Both the position numbers and the translations under genes were made by a program. DNA of 20,000 nucleotides from an uncultured virus (IMG/VR IMGVR_UViG_2639762883_000003). Its lineage: Duplodnaviria > Heunggongvirae > Uroviricota > Caudoviricetes. The stretch lies in IMG/VR virus record IMGVR_UViG_2639762883_000003, one strand, 5' to 3'. Below the pieces are notes generated by a model. The model was not told the origin of the DNA. It saw only the letters and a program-made list of their open reading frames with translations, and made no database searches. Below, in pieces: positions 1-9,400 of the stretch (its first letter is position 1; every line of letters begins with the position of its first letter).

Positions 1-2
1 CA

Positions 3-413
3 CAAGCCGTAGTTAATTGGTTTTTGGAACAGCGGAAACATTTCATCATTAAGAAAGTTGTCATGGATAACTTTCGTGCCGATCTTTTGCGTAAATTTTT
101 CGTAGACGCTGGATTTGAAGTCGCAGTCATTCGGAATCCAACTGCCATTGATGCCCTACTGGCACCGAGAATTGAGACCGGGTTTGCTAATCATCAATAT
201 ATCTGGGGGGACAACCCGTTATTGCGGTGGAACACTCAAAACGTGTTGGTTTCGACCGATAGCCACGGTAACAAACGATACGGCAAGAAAGAAGAAATTC
301 GGCGAAAAACTGATGGCTTTAAAGCGTTTGAATATGGCCAATATCTGGTTGACCAGTTACCCGACTACTCGGTAAATGAATCGCTAGATATGTTGGCCGA
401 CATTGATTTCTAA
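3..413 (+). CDS. terL: Terminase large subunit, C-terminal nuclease part (5'-truncated by window)
   Basis: Frame is open from position 3 (QAVVNWFLEQRKHF...); motifs MDNFRA, GDNPLLRW and KTDG (KIDG-like); lies directly upstream of the portal gene. Confidence 0.9.
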   Translation, partial: QAVVNWFLEQRKHFIIKKVVMDNFRADLLRKFFVDAGFEVAVIRNPTAIDALLAPRIETGFANHQYIWGDNPLLRWNTQNVLVSTDSHGNKRYGKKEEIRRKTDGFKAFEYGQYLVDQLPDYSVNESLDMLADIDF

Positions 414-431
414 CGGAAGGGAGGTGAATAT

Positions 432-1574
432 ATGAGTGTAATTAATAGCTTCTTTGATCTGTTTACGCGGCGAAAAGATTCCAGCTTTGTTTATGATCTT
501 GATTTGTTCCAGGACATTAAGAACCGAGCCTACTTAAAGCGCATGGCGATTGACACAGTGATCAATTACGTAGGCCGGGCGGTTAGCCAGTCGGAGTTTC
601 GTGTGATGAACAAGGGGTTACCTGTTAAAGATGCGATGTATTACAAGCTCAATGTCCGACCAAATACTGACGAATCGGCCAGTGATTTTTGGCAGCATTT
701 TGTTTACCAATTGATTTATTACAACGAGGTGCTGGTGATTCAAGACGACGATGGTGATTTATTAATTGCTGATGATTTTAGTCGTCACGAGTATGCAGTA
801 TATGAAGATGTTTTCGATAATGTTACAGTCAAAGAATACACTTTTAAGCGTTCCTTCCCGATGTCTGATGTTATTTACCTGAGATACTCAAACGACCAGT
901 TAGAGCACTATCTGACTGGTTTATGGGGAGACTATGGCGAGTTGTTTGGCCGAATGTATGAGCTAGAACTTCGTAACAATCAAATTCGAGCGACCGTTAA
1001 GGCTGACTTAACGGCTGGTGTTAATGACGGTAAAGCCAACAAGCTACAGAAGTTTATCGACAAGATTTTCCAATCGTTCAGCAAGAACTCTGTTGCACTA
1101 GTACCAATCACAAATGGCTTTGAATATAACGAAGTATCGAACGGGGTAGGCAAAAATCAGACGTTTGATGAAAGTAACGGCGTGTTACTGGCATTCATTG
1201 ACCATGTTGCCCGGCTGGTAGGAGTGCCACCAGCGTTAATTCATGGTGAAACTGCTGAAACTGCTGAAAATCAAAAACTGTTCAATAAGCAGTGCTTGAG
1301 TTCGTTATTAACTAAGATTCAGTCAGAGCTAAACGCTAAGTCATTCAGCCAGCGAGATTACTTAAAGAATGGCAAACAAGTTGAAGTAATTGGTATTAAT
1401 CGACCAACACTAATTGAACTAGCAGAACAAATCGACAAGCTTGGTTCGTCAGGTATGGTTACTCAAAACGAGGTTCGGTCAGCAGTTGGGCTGCCACCAC
1501 GTGAAGACGGTGACCAGATAGTGATGACCAAGAATTATACAACGAAAGGTGGTGAGAATAATGAAGAAGATTAA
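432..1574 (+). CDS. Phage portal protein (HK97 family)
   Basis: 380 aa; SD GGAGGTGA upstream; motifs YKLNVRPN, VARLVGVPPALI and TQNEVRSAVGLPP; follows terminase. Confidence 0.93.
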   Translation: MSVINSFFDLFTRRKDSSFVYDLDLFQDIKNRAYLKRMAIDTVINYVGRAVSQSEFRVMNKGLPVKDAMYYKLNVRPNTDESASDFWQHFVYQLIYYNEVLVIQDDDGDLLIADDFSRHEYAVYEDVFDNVTVKEYTFKRSFPMSDVIYLRYSNDQLEHYLTGLWGDYGELFGRMYELELRNNQIRATVKADLTAGVNDGKANKLQKFIDKIFQSFSKNSVALVPITNGFEYNEVSNGVGKNQTFDESNGVLLAFIDHVARLVGVPPALIHGETAETAENQKLFNKQCLSSLLTKIQSELNAKSFSQRDYLKNGKQVEVIGINRPTLIELAEQIDKLGSSGMVTQNEVRSAVGLPPREDGDQIVMTKNYTTKGGENNEED

Positions 1575-2283
1575 CGTTAAGGGTCCGATTATTAGTAACG
1601 ATGACAAGTGGATTTATGACATGTTGGAAATGGACAGTACCGCTCCTAAGGATGTTATTGATGCATTACCAGATGATGGTTCAGATATTGAAGTTGATAT
1701 TAATTCCGGCGGTGGTTTAGTAACTGCTGGAAGTGAAATCTATACAGCACTGATGAATTACTCCGGTAAGGTCACGGTCAACATTATGGGCATGGCTGCA
1801 AGTGCCGCGTCCGTAATCGCAATGGCCGGTAATCCAACACGAATCAGTCCGGTTGGCCAAATTATGATCCATAACTCTGCAGCTGGAGTTTATGGTGATT
1901 ATCGTGATCAGGACAAATTGTCGGACATGTTAAAACAACTCAATGAAGCGATGGCCAATGCTTATCAATTGAAAACGAAGTTACCGATGGACGACTTGTT
2001 GGCTAAGATGGACTCTGAAACCTACTTGAATGCCGATCAAGCAAAGGAGCTTGGATTCGTAGACGAAGTTATGTTTACTGATGATAAGATTCAATTGGTA
2101 GCGGATGGTGGTTCTGGGCTATTGCCGCAAACGGCGATTGATAAGATTGCCGAGTTAGTCAAGCCAGCTCCTGATTTATCTGATACTGATATTGACCGTA
2201 TTTCAAACGCGGTCGTACAAAAATTAAATATTCAACCCACAAAGCAAGCAGAAAACAAATTTGTTGATCCGTTTGCTTTTTAA
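1561..2283 (+). CDS. Prohead maturation protease, ClpP-like
   Basis: INSGGG, MAASAAS (catalytic Ser), IMIHN (His), AKELGFVD; ATG at 1561 preferred over GTG at 1549 because SD AAAGGTGGTGA precedes it. Confidence 0.92.
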   Translation: MKKINVKGPIISNDDKWIYDMLEMDSTAPKDVIDALPDDGSDIEVDINSGGGLVTAGSEIYTALMNYSGKVTVNIMGMAASAASVIAMAGNPTRISPVGQIMIHNSAAGVYGDYRDQDKLSDMLKQLNEAMANAYQLKTKLPMDDLLAKMDSETYLNADQAKELGFVDEVMFTDDKIQLVADGGSGLLPQTAIDKIAELVKPAPDLSDTDIDRISNAVVQKLNIQPTKQAENKFVDPFAF

Positions 2284-2305
2284 TTTACGAAAGAAGGAAA
2301 AAACA

Positions 2306-3478
2306 ATGATTAAATTTGATCCCAAAACTTTTACTAATTTTTCAACTAAGCGGAAGGCTTATGCAGAATTGATGAAGAATAGCACGGATGCCGATAAACA
2401 AGCACAGGGCTTTACTGATATGATGGACGCGCTTGGTGAAGATACCATGGCTGAAATCAAGAATCAAGTTCACTTACAGACGGATGATGTGCTGAACGCT
2501 CAACGTAAAGATCCATCAATGACGGGTGATGAAGTTAAGTTCTTTAACGCTTTAACGGCCGGTGACTTATCCCACACTGAAAAGACCGAAGTAACATTAC
2601 CAGAAACGACAGTAGACCAAATCTTTGAAGGCTTAGTTGATCAACATCCATTCTTGCAAACTATTAAGTTACAAACGACTGGTTTACGGTTGAAGTTTTT
2701 AAAGACCGATGAAACAGGCGGTAAGGCTGTTTGGGGTAAAGTTTTCGATGAAATCAAAGGTCAATTAACAGCTAAGTTTGATGATCAAACGGCTACTCAA
2801 TCCAAGCTGACGGCGTTTGTGGCATTGCCAAACGATATCTTAGAATTTGGTGCAGCTTGGATCAAGCAATTCGTGATGGCTCAAATTACCGAAGCATTTG
2901 CTGCAGCCCTCGAATCAGCATTCTTAGTTGGTGACGGTAACGATAAACCAATCGGTTTGATTTCTGACTTATCCAAGGGGACCGTTAGCGGTGACACGAC
3001 TACTTATGCTCAAAAGGCGTCTGTTGGTTCAATTACTTTAAAGGACACCGAAACTGCTAAGAAGGAATTAGCTGGTATTGTCAAGAAGTTATCAGTTAAG
3101 GAAAATGGTAAGCCATACGTTGCCAAGGGTAAGACGGTCTTAGTCGTGACCCCAGGGATTTCGTTGGACATGGAAGCTGCCATGACGATGCAAAACGTCA
3201 ATGGCCAATGGGTACTGGCTTATCCATTTGGAATCCAAATTGTTGAATCTCAATACGTACCAAATGGTAAGCTGATTGCCTTTGTTCCTGATCGTTACGA
3301 TGCGTATGTGGCTGGTGCTGTAAACATCAAGAAGTTCACTGAAACTTTGGCTATGGAAGACGGCACACTGTACACTGCTAAGCAATTTGCATATGGCAAG
3401 GGCAAAGATAACAACGTCGCTTTCGTTTATGACTTAGCGTTGGAAACAGCTACCACTACTGATACGGCGGGAAAATAG
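2306..3478 (+). CDS. Major capsid protein (HK97 fold, N-terminal delta/scaffold region)
   Basis: ATG at 2306 after AAGAAGGA; 390 aa; motifs LPETTVDQIF, AFLVGDGNDKPIGL and YTAKQFAYGK; follows the protease. Confidence 0.93.
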   Translation: MIKFDPKTFTNFSTKRKAYAELMKNSTDADKQAQGFTDMMDALGEDTMAEIKNQVHLQTDDVLNAQRKDPSMTGDEVKFFNALTAGDLSHTEKTEVTLPETTVDQIFEGLVDQHPFLQTIKLQTTGLRLKFLKTDETGGKAVWGKVFDEIKGQLTAKFDDQTATQSKLTAFVALPNDILEFGAAWIKQFVMAQITEAFAAALESAFLVGDGNDKPIGLISDLSKGTVSGDTTTYAQKASVGSITLKDTETAKKELAGIVKKLSVKENGKPYVAKGKTVLVVTPGISLDMEAAMTMQNVNGQWVLAYPFGIQIVESQYVPNGKLIAFVPDRYDAYVAGAVNIKKFTETLAMEDGTLYTAKQFAYGKGKDNNVAFVYDLALETATTTDTAGK

Positions 3479-3497
3479 CGACCCCGGACACCGGGGT
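3469..3497 (+). promoter_or_regulatory. Candidate -1 ribosomal frameshift signal at the capsid gene end (slippery heptamer plus hairpin)
   Basis: In-frame G GGA AAA (3469-3475), 5-nt spacer TAGCG, perfect stem-loop ACCCCGG-ACA-CCGGGGT (3481-3497). Confidence 0.8.
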
Positions 3498-3612
3498 AAC
3501 TAAGCCTACCGCGAACAGTACCGTAGCTGAAATCACTGCTTGGTTAGATGCTAACGGAATCGACCACACTGGAGCTACGTTGAAGGCCGATTTACTAGCA
3601 TTAGTGGGGTGA
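3475..3612 (+). CDS. -1 frame capsid extension, 45 aa, HeH/LEM-like helix-extension-helix module
   Basis: Hand translation IATPDTGVTKPTANSTVAEITAWLDANGIDHTGATLKADLLALVG*; no usable start or SD of its own; fills the gap to the ATG at 3617. Confidence 0.8.
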   Translation: MATPDTGVTKPTANSTVAEITAWLDANGIDHTGATLKADLLALVG

Positions 3613-3616
3613 TTAA

Positions 3617-3922
3617 ATGGCAGATGAAAAGATGAATCCATTATTAGATCGATTCAAACTGCGTATGAAGATTTATCACAAAACCGAGGACGCGAATTTA
3701 TCGCGAATTCTGAATGCAAGTCAGAAGCGTATCACTGATATTACTGGTATTGCCAGTAACGCCGGTGATGATGTGTATGACGAGCTAGTTTTAGAACGAG
3801 CACGATACGCTTACAATGACCAAGTCGAGTTTTTCGACGCTAATTTTTTGGACGACTTATTGTCTGCGTCCTTGACCAGCTATGAACCGGGGGATGATGA
3901 AGATGAACCGACCGGAGTTTGA
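3617..3922 (+). CDS. Head-tail connector (HK97 gp6/SPP1 gp15-like)
   Basis: 101 aa, helical; FKLRMKI...EDANL...ELVLERARYAYN; SD GGGGTGA; follows capsid. Confidence 0.8.
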   Translation: MADEKMNPLLDRFKLRMKIYHKTEDANLSRILNASQKRITDITGIASNAGDDVYDELVLERARYAYNDQVEFFDANFLDDLLSASLTSYEPGDDEDEPTGV

Positions 3923-4292
3923 GTACAAAGCACCACCAGTAAGAACGAATCAGCTTAATACGCCGGTTCGCTTTTTTCGTACCGTCAAAAATTTGGGGCC
4001 AGAGCCGGGGCGTGGTCAAACTGAACAAGCTTTTGAGTGTTTGGGTTTAGCTTATGATCCATCCACCAAAGACCGTGAAGTGCTTAACGTTAATGAAGCA
4101 AAGTATGGCGTGACTATCAAGATTCGCGATACTTTTGGCGAATTTGACCCAACAACTAAGGACACCGTGGTTATTGACGACCGCCGGTATCTGGATGCCA
4201 CTGGTCAACCGATTGTTTGGGATGTTATCCAGGTGGCGCCGGACCTAGAAAATAATGCTTTTGTAAAAATTGTGCTGGGGGTGACTAAATGA
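3903..4292 (+). CDS. Head closure / head-tail adaptor
   Basis: Probable ATG at 3903 after GGGGGATGA; QLNTPVRF...VTIKIRD; beta-rich; second neck gene by synteny. Confidence 0.7.
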   Translation: MNRPEFEYKAPPVRTNQLNTPVRFFRTVKNLGPEPGRGQTEQAFECLGLAYDPSTKDREVLNVNEAKYGVTIKIRDTFGEFDPTTKDTVVIDDRRYLDATGQPIVWDVIQVAPDLENNAFVKIVLGVTK

Positions 4293-4696
4293 CGGAAGTA
4301 ACGGTTAAGTTCACAGGCGTTGATGAAGTCATCAACAAGCTGTCCCAGAAACTGAGTCCAGCAAAACTGAATCGTGCTGAAAACGATGCGCTACGAGTGG
4401 CTGGTAGGCGTGTAGCAGTTGAGTTAAAGAATGTGGTCGCCAGCTATCGTGACACAGGTCAAACAGTTCTTCAAGTATCAGTCGGTAACCCTCATAGTCG
4501 GGGCGGCGTACGGACGATTAAGATTGGTTGGCACGCGGGATCTCGCTGGCGATTAGTCCATCTGAATGAGCTCGGATATACACGGTTCAGCAAAACCTAT
4601 CATCCACGAGGCATGGGTAAAGTTCAAGGTGCATTTGATAGTAGCCGTGGCCCTGCCAAGGCACTTGAAGAAGCTGAATTGAGGAAACTACTATGA
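4289..4696 (+). CDS. HK97 gp10-like neck/tail component
   Basis: YRDTG and RWRLVHLNELG motifs; basic; ATGA overlap with the upstream gene. Confidence 0.75.
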   Translation: MTEVTVKFTGVDEVINKLSQKLSPAKLNRAENDALRVAGRRVAVELKNVVASYRDTGQTVLQVSVGNPHSRGGVRTIKIGWHAGSRWRLVHLNELGYTRFSKTYHPRGMGKVQGAFDSSRGPAKALEEAELRKLL

Positions 4697-5115
4697 CCGA
4701 AACCAAGGATATGCTTGCAACTATTTATACCGCGTTGTTGGCAAATGCAACAATTGCAAAACTGACATTGGCTGGTGATGGCAGTCATCGAATTAGTTAT
4801 TTTGAAAGCCCAGAAACGGCTGACCACGACAATCTATTTGTTGTGATTACACCTGTCGGGCCACCGGTACCAGCGGCTGTTGGCAGTGATGATTATTTGA
4901 ATGTGCAATTCACGTTTCAAGTCAATGTTGAATCTATCAGTCGACCGGCACGTAATGCTGTGGCACGTGAAATTCAAAACGAAATGCTTGCTTTGGGCTT
5001 TTCAAGATTAGCTGGTGTTCAGAACGAATTAGATGAATTCATGACTGAAACTAACCGCTTTGTTGATGTTCGCAGATACCGCGGTAACACTAAATTGTAT
5101 GACACAAATTATTAA
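4693..5115 (+). CDS. Tail completion/terminator protein
   Basis: 140 aa; FQVNVES and RRYRG; directly upstream of major tail; ATGA overlap. Confidence 0.7.
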   Translation: MTETKDMLATIYTALLANATIAKLTLAGDGSHRISYFESPETADHDNLFVVITPVGPPVPAAVGSDDYLNVQFTFQVNVESISRPARNAVAREIQNEMLALGFSRLAGVQNELDEFMTETNRFVDVRRYRGNTKLYDTNY

Positions 5116-5129
5116 GGAGAGATGTAATT

Positions 5130-5741
5130 ATGTTTGTAGGATATAAACGATTAAAGATTCAACCATTTGCCGAAGACGGCACGAAAAAAGGTGACCTGAT
5201 TATTGTTGAAGGTCAGGCACACAAAGGGGCTACGACCACTGCTGAAATCAGTGGCTTAGCTAAAGACCCAGTGAAAGTACCGGGGTCTAATATCGATTAC
5301 TACTTGTCACGTCAAGGCTTGGGTGACACCAAGGTAGCACTCGGTATTTTAGATTTACCGGAAGTTAGTGCTGACCTATTGGCTGGGTTCCGTGTCGATG
5401 ATGACAAGATCAGCTATGGTGGTGAAGATACGTTGCCACCATATTGCTCAATTGAAATGGAATCCAAAGAAGACACTGGCGAAATTGCGTTAGTTGGTTT
5501 CTTCAAGGGAACATTTACGCGGGATAAGATTAGCTTGAGCACGCTGGATTCATCTAAATCATTTACACCAGAAGCTGATGCCTGGACTTTTACGCCAATT
5601 AGTTCGATTGCCACTGCTACTAACGGCGAAGTGATGCAGAAGTTTGTGGGCGATGCCACTAAGGATGCGACGACTGTTACGAAGTTTGAAAAGCAATTGT
5701 TTGATCCAGCAGGTAGCGATACAAATCCAAGTAATGGATAA
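5130..5741 (+). CDS. Major tail (tube) protein
   Basis: 203 aa; SD AAGGAGA; motifs VGYKR, ISGL, LPPYCSIEMES and VGFFKGTF typical of Firmicutes siphophage tail tube proteins. Confidence 0.85.
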   Translation: MFVGYKRLKIQPFAEDGTKKGDLIIVEGQAHKGATTTAEISGLAKDPVKVPGSNIDYYLSRQGLGDTKVALGILDLPEVSADLLAGFRVDDDKISYGGEDTLPPYCSIEMESKEDTGEIALVGFFKGTFTRDKISLSTLDSSKSFTPEADAWTFTPISSIATATNGEVMQKFVGDATKDATTVTKFEKQLFDPAGSDTNPSNG

Positions 5742-5834
5742 TTCTGAAAAAACATATTGAATAACTAACCACTAGTCGCCGATAAATCAACAATACCAAT
5801 TGGGGCGGCTTTGCGTGTATGGAGGGAAAAGACT

Positions 5835-6149
5835 ATGAGTACACCACTAAAGATGGAATTACTTATTGATGGTAAAAAGCAGACCTTCACGGAATCGTTC
5901 ATTCCGGCAGGCCGTATCTTGGACGCATTGGACTTAATCGAAACCGATAACTCAGATCGTAAATTGCGTGATGTTTTTGAAGAACGAGTAGCATTTCTAG
6001 CCAAAGTATTTACTGATCCATTGGTAACGACGGATGCAATTTGGAATGGATTCAATGCGATTGATTTTGATGACCGTACTTTCACAATTATCTGCAAAGT
6101 AGCTGGTGTAAACCCAAAAAAGCTACAGATGGCGACGACACCGGAATAA
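5835..6149 (+). CDS. Tail assembly chaperone (lambda gpG analogue)
   Basis: ATG at 5835 after GGAGGG; 104 aa; between major tail and tape measure; slippery C CCA AAA AAG near the 3' end. Confidence 0.85.
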   Translation: MSTPLKMELLIDGKKQTFTESFIPAGRILDALDLIETDNSDRKLRDVFEERVAFLAKVFTDPLVTTDAIWNGFNAIDFDDRTFTIICKVAGVNPKKLQMATTPE

Positions 6150-6394
6150 CCATCAAAGAAGCCCGCAAAAGAGTATTATCAGCAGTCGGCGCAATTGTTG
6201 AAAACCGCACCGGCTACACACTTTCGAGCGTATTAAATGATGTTGATTTTCAATTGTTGTCGCAAATAATCGAAGCAACGACTGAACAGACTCAGCAGAC
6301 TGAAAGTGGGACCCGAGTTAAACCGGGGACTGTGGGGGTAAACCCTGGTAATCAGCCTGTCATGAGTCTTTTTGACTTTGCTAGAAAATCTTAA
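6122..6394 (+). CDS. -1 frame extension of the tail assembly chaperone (gpGT analogue), 90 aa
   Basis: Hand translation ATDGDDTGITIKEARKRVLSAVGAIVENRTGY...PVMSLFDFARKS*; open from the slippery site to TAA 6392-6394, just before the tape measure SD. Confidence 0.85.
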   Translation, partial: ATDGDDTGITIKEARKRVLSAVGAIVENRTGYTLSSVLNDVDFQLLSQIIEATTEQTQQTESGTRVKPGTVGVNPGNQPVMSLFDFARKS

Positions 6395-6412
6395 TGAAGG
6401 GAGGAATAATAA

Positions 6413-9400
6413 ATGGCAGATGAAGTATTAGGCCGCATGGTCATCGAGTTAGGGCTGGATCACGCTGCGTTTGGTAAAGGGTTAACCGGTGCTAAACGTG
6501 AAGTTAAGTATGCAATGGCTGAGATGAAATCATCAATGGCCGTACTCGGTCAATCGGGCCGCCGGTTTGACGTCCTATCAGCTAAGTCTAAAGGCTTGTC
6601 ACAAGTAATGATGAGTCAGCAGCGGGTTGTTGAAAAACTGGGTAAAGCGTACAAGGATTCGCTGGTCGATGGTAAACCAACCGCGCAAACAGCTAAGCTA
6701 GCAACTCAATTGCAGAATGCCAATGCTAAATTAGCCTCATTACAAACTCAGTACAAGAATAATGCAGCGGCAATGGCTAAAGCACGCGTTGAGCAAACTG
6801 GTTTTACCGGTGGCTTAAATAAAGTTAGCAAGGCCGCTGTAGCGACTGGTACATCGATGAAGAACATCGGCTCAACGATGACCCGCAAAGTTAGCGCCCC
6901 AATTGCGGCTGGTTTAGCCATTGCAACTAAATCCGCTATCACTTTTGATTCGCAAATCAAGTCCATGGGGCCTCTGCTGACTAATGGGGGCGCAGTTACC
7001 GCTAAGTACCGGTCACAGTTGGATCAGTTAGGTGATGCATCTAAAAAAATGTCGATGAAGTACGGTGTCTCGACTACTGAAATCAACAACGGCATGGCGG
7101 AACTTATTCGGCGTGGTTACACGACTAACCAAGTTCTAGGCTCAATGCCGTCTATCTTAGATGCAACCATGGCTTCCGGTGAAGATATGGGTACGGTCAT
7201 GAATGCCACAGCGTCAATCGTTGAACAGTTCGGGTTAAAGACTAACTCAACGGCTGGGACGATGAAGAACACGCAACGGGTTACTGACTCGCTGACATAC
7301 GCGGCCAATGCGACTGCGGCTGGCTTCGGTGATATGTCTGATGCGATGAGCTACGTCGGGCCGGTTGCATCTAGTTTGGGTCTCAGCGTTGAACAAACTG
7401 CAGCGGCTGTTGGTGAGCTTAGTAACCAAGGAATCGAAGGCCAAAAAGCTGGGACTAATTTACGTGGTATGCTGACTAGTTTGATTAAGCCAACCAAGCA
7501 AAACACCGAAGGATTCAAGAGTATGGGCATTAGTTCGAAGCAACTGGCCCATGACTCACACGATTTACCGCAACTAATTGATGATATCACACATGGTACT
7601 AAGGGCTGGTCAAACGCTGAACGTGGTAAGGCATTAGCCCAAGCATTCGGACGTGAGAATCAAGCTGCTGCTAACGCATTAGTTAAGGCCGGTTCTAAGA
7701 GTCTGCGTGACTTGACTAAAGATACTGAGAACGCTGGTGGTGCGACTAAGAAAGTTGCCGAGCAAATGAGCAATACTTCGGCAAATAATGTCAAGAAACT
7801 GATTGCGTCATTAAAAGTGCTAGGAATTGAAATCGGTGAGAAGTTAATTCCAAAACTAACACCGTTAGTTAAGAAAGCCACGGATATGGTTCAAGGCTTC
7901 TCGAAGATGGATGATGCCACTCAGAATACAATTATTAAGTTTGCCCTATTAGCTGCTGCTGGTGGCCCAGTATTGAGTATGCTGGGTAATATCATCGGTG
8001 GATTTGGAATATTTGGTGGCGGTATTGTTAAAGTTATTAGCGCTACCGCACAATGGCACGCGAAGAATCAAGCAGCTAAAGAATCACTCGCGATGTTAAA
8101 AGGTGCGACTGATGCTACCAGTGGTGGTTTCAAAGCATTCAAGGGAAGTGTTGATACTGTAAATGGCTCGGCATCAACGGCTAAGTCAACGTTTGGATTA
8201 CTGAAAGGTGCCTTTACGACGGCCGAAGCTGGCGCCGGTGTATTAGGAACCTCATTAAGTGTGACGGGTGCAGCGGTGACCGGTGTTGGTTTAGCAGCTG
8301 TAGCCGGTGTGGCTTACTGGCAACTCTATGGTAAGGAAGCGGCAGCTAGCGCTGCACGAACACGGCAGTGGGGTTCAGATGTCGGTGAACAGGCTGATTC
8401 CGCACTGACTAAATTTAAAGGATTTAGCACTAGCGCGGGTACGTCTTTGACTGACTTTGAAACAGCTAGTCAAACTAGCACGAAGAAGGTTGCTAAAGAC
8501 TTCAGTGATATGTATACGGAGATGGAGAAGGATTCCAAAGACACTATCCAGCAGATGCAGAAGGATATGAAGGGCCTACCCGACTCTGTTCAAGATGACT
8601 TAAAAAAAGATATCGCTGATCGCAAGAAGCATAATGCTACAGTATTGGCCGATGCTAAGGAAAATTACAATAACGCGGAAGCTATACTCAAGAACCACAA
8701 CGGTAAGATGTCTGGCTTGAGTGATACAGAACGAACTGCATTACTGAACAGCCAACGTAAAATGAATAGCGATGAAATCAGTTTACTAAAAATTGGTGGA
8801 AGTGCTAAGAAGAACGTTCTAGCTGCATTGAATGGGGATATTGGTAACATGACCCGTAAGCAACGTGATACGACCATTAATCAATTGACGTCTTCAATGC
8901 AGAAAGAAAATAAGCTTTACAATGATCAGAGCCAGCAGATCAAGTCCATGTACGATAAAGGTGAAATTTCTGCGTCACAATATGGCAAAGCAATGACTGA
9001 TCTACAAGCTACTCATAAGTCAACAACAGATGGTATGGCTGCGGCAATCTATAAACTGGATAAGGCAAATGGAACTTCGAAAGCCCAAATTACTCAGGAT
9101 TTACTAAATGTTGGCTACACTTACAAGCAAGCTGCTGCAATTGTAAAACGACAGAATGATGACATGAGTAAGAGTACATCCTTGGTGGTTGCTGAAACTG
9201 GCAACATGAGCAAGAAGTCTAAGGCAGCGGCTGATACCTGGAATAGCTTAGTATTTGATTCCAAGACTGGAAAAGTTAAGACCAATGCGCAGGCAGAAGT
9301 CAATAAGGCCGCTAAGTCGAAAGACAAATGGAATCAGATGAAACTACTGGTTAAACAGGGAAAGATGAGTTCTAATGCCGCGGCCATGGTTGGGGTTGCG

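Noticed and set aside
1248..1269. GAAACTGCT tandem repeat in portal (ETAETAE)
   Set aside because: Only about 2.4 in-frame copies; no sign of function
5700..5834. Frameshift or readthrough extension (Ig-like) of the major tail protein
   Set aside because: No slippery heptamer near TAA 5741, stops follow quickly, and the 93-bp gap is too short for a domain
8598..8612. TTA AAA AAA potential slippery run in the tape measure
   Set aside because: Mid-gene Lys codons with no evident stimulator or useful alternative product; expected by chance in Lys-rich sequence
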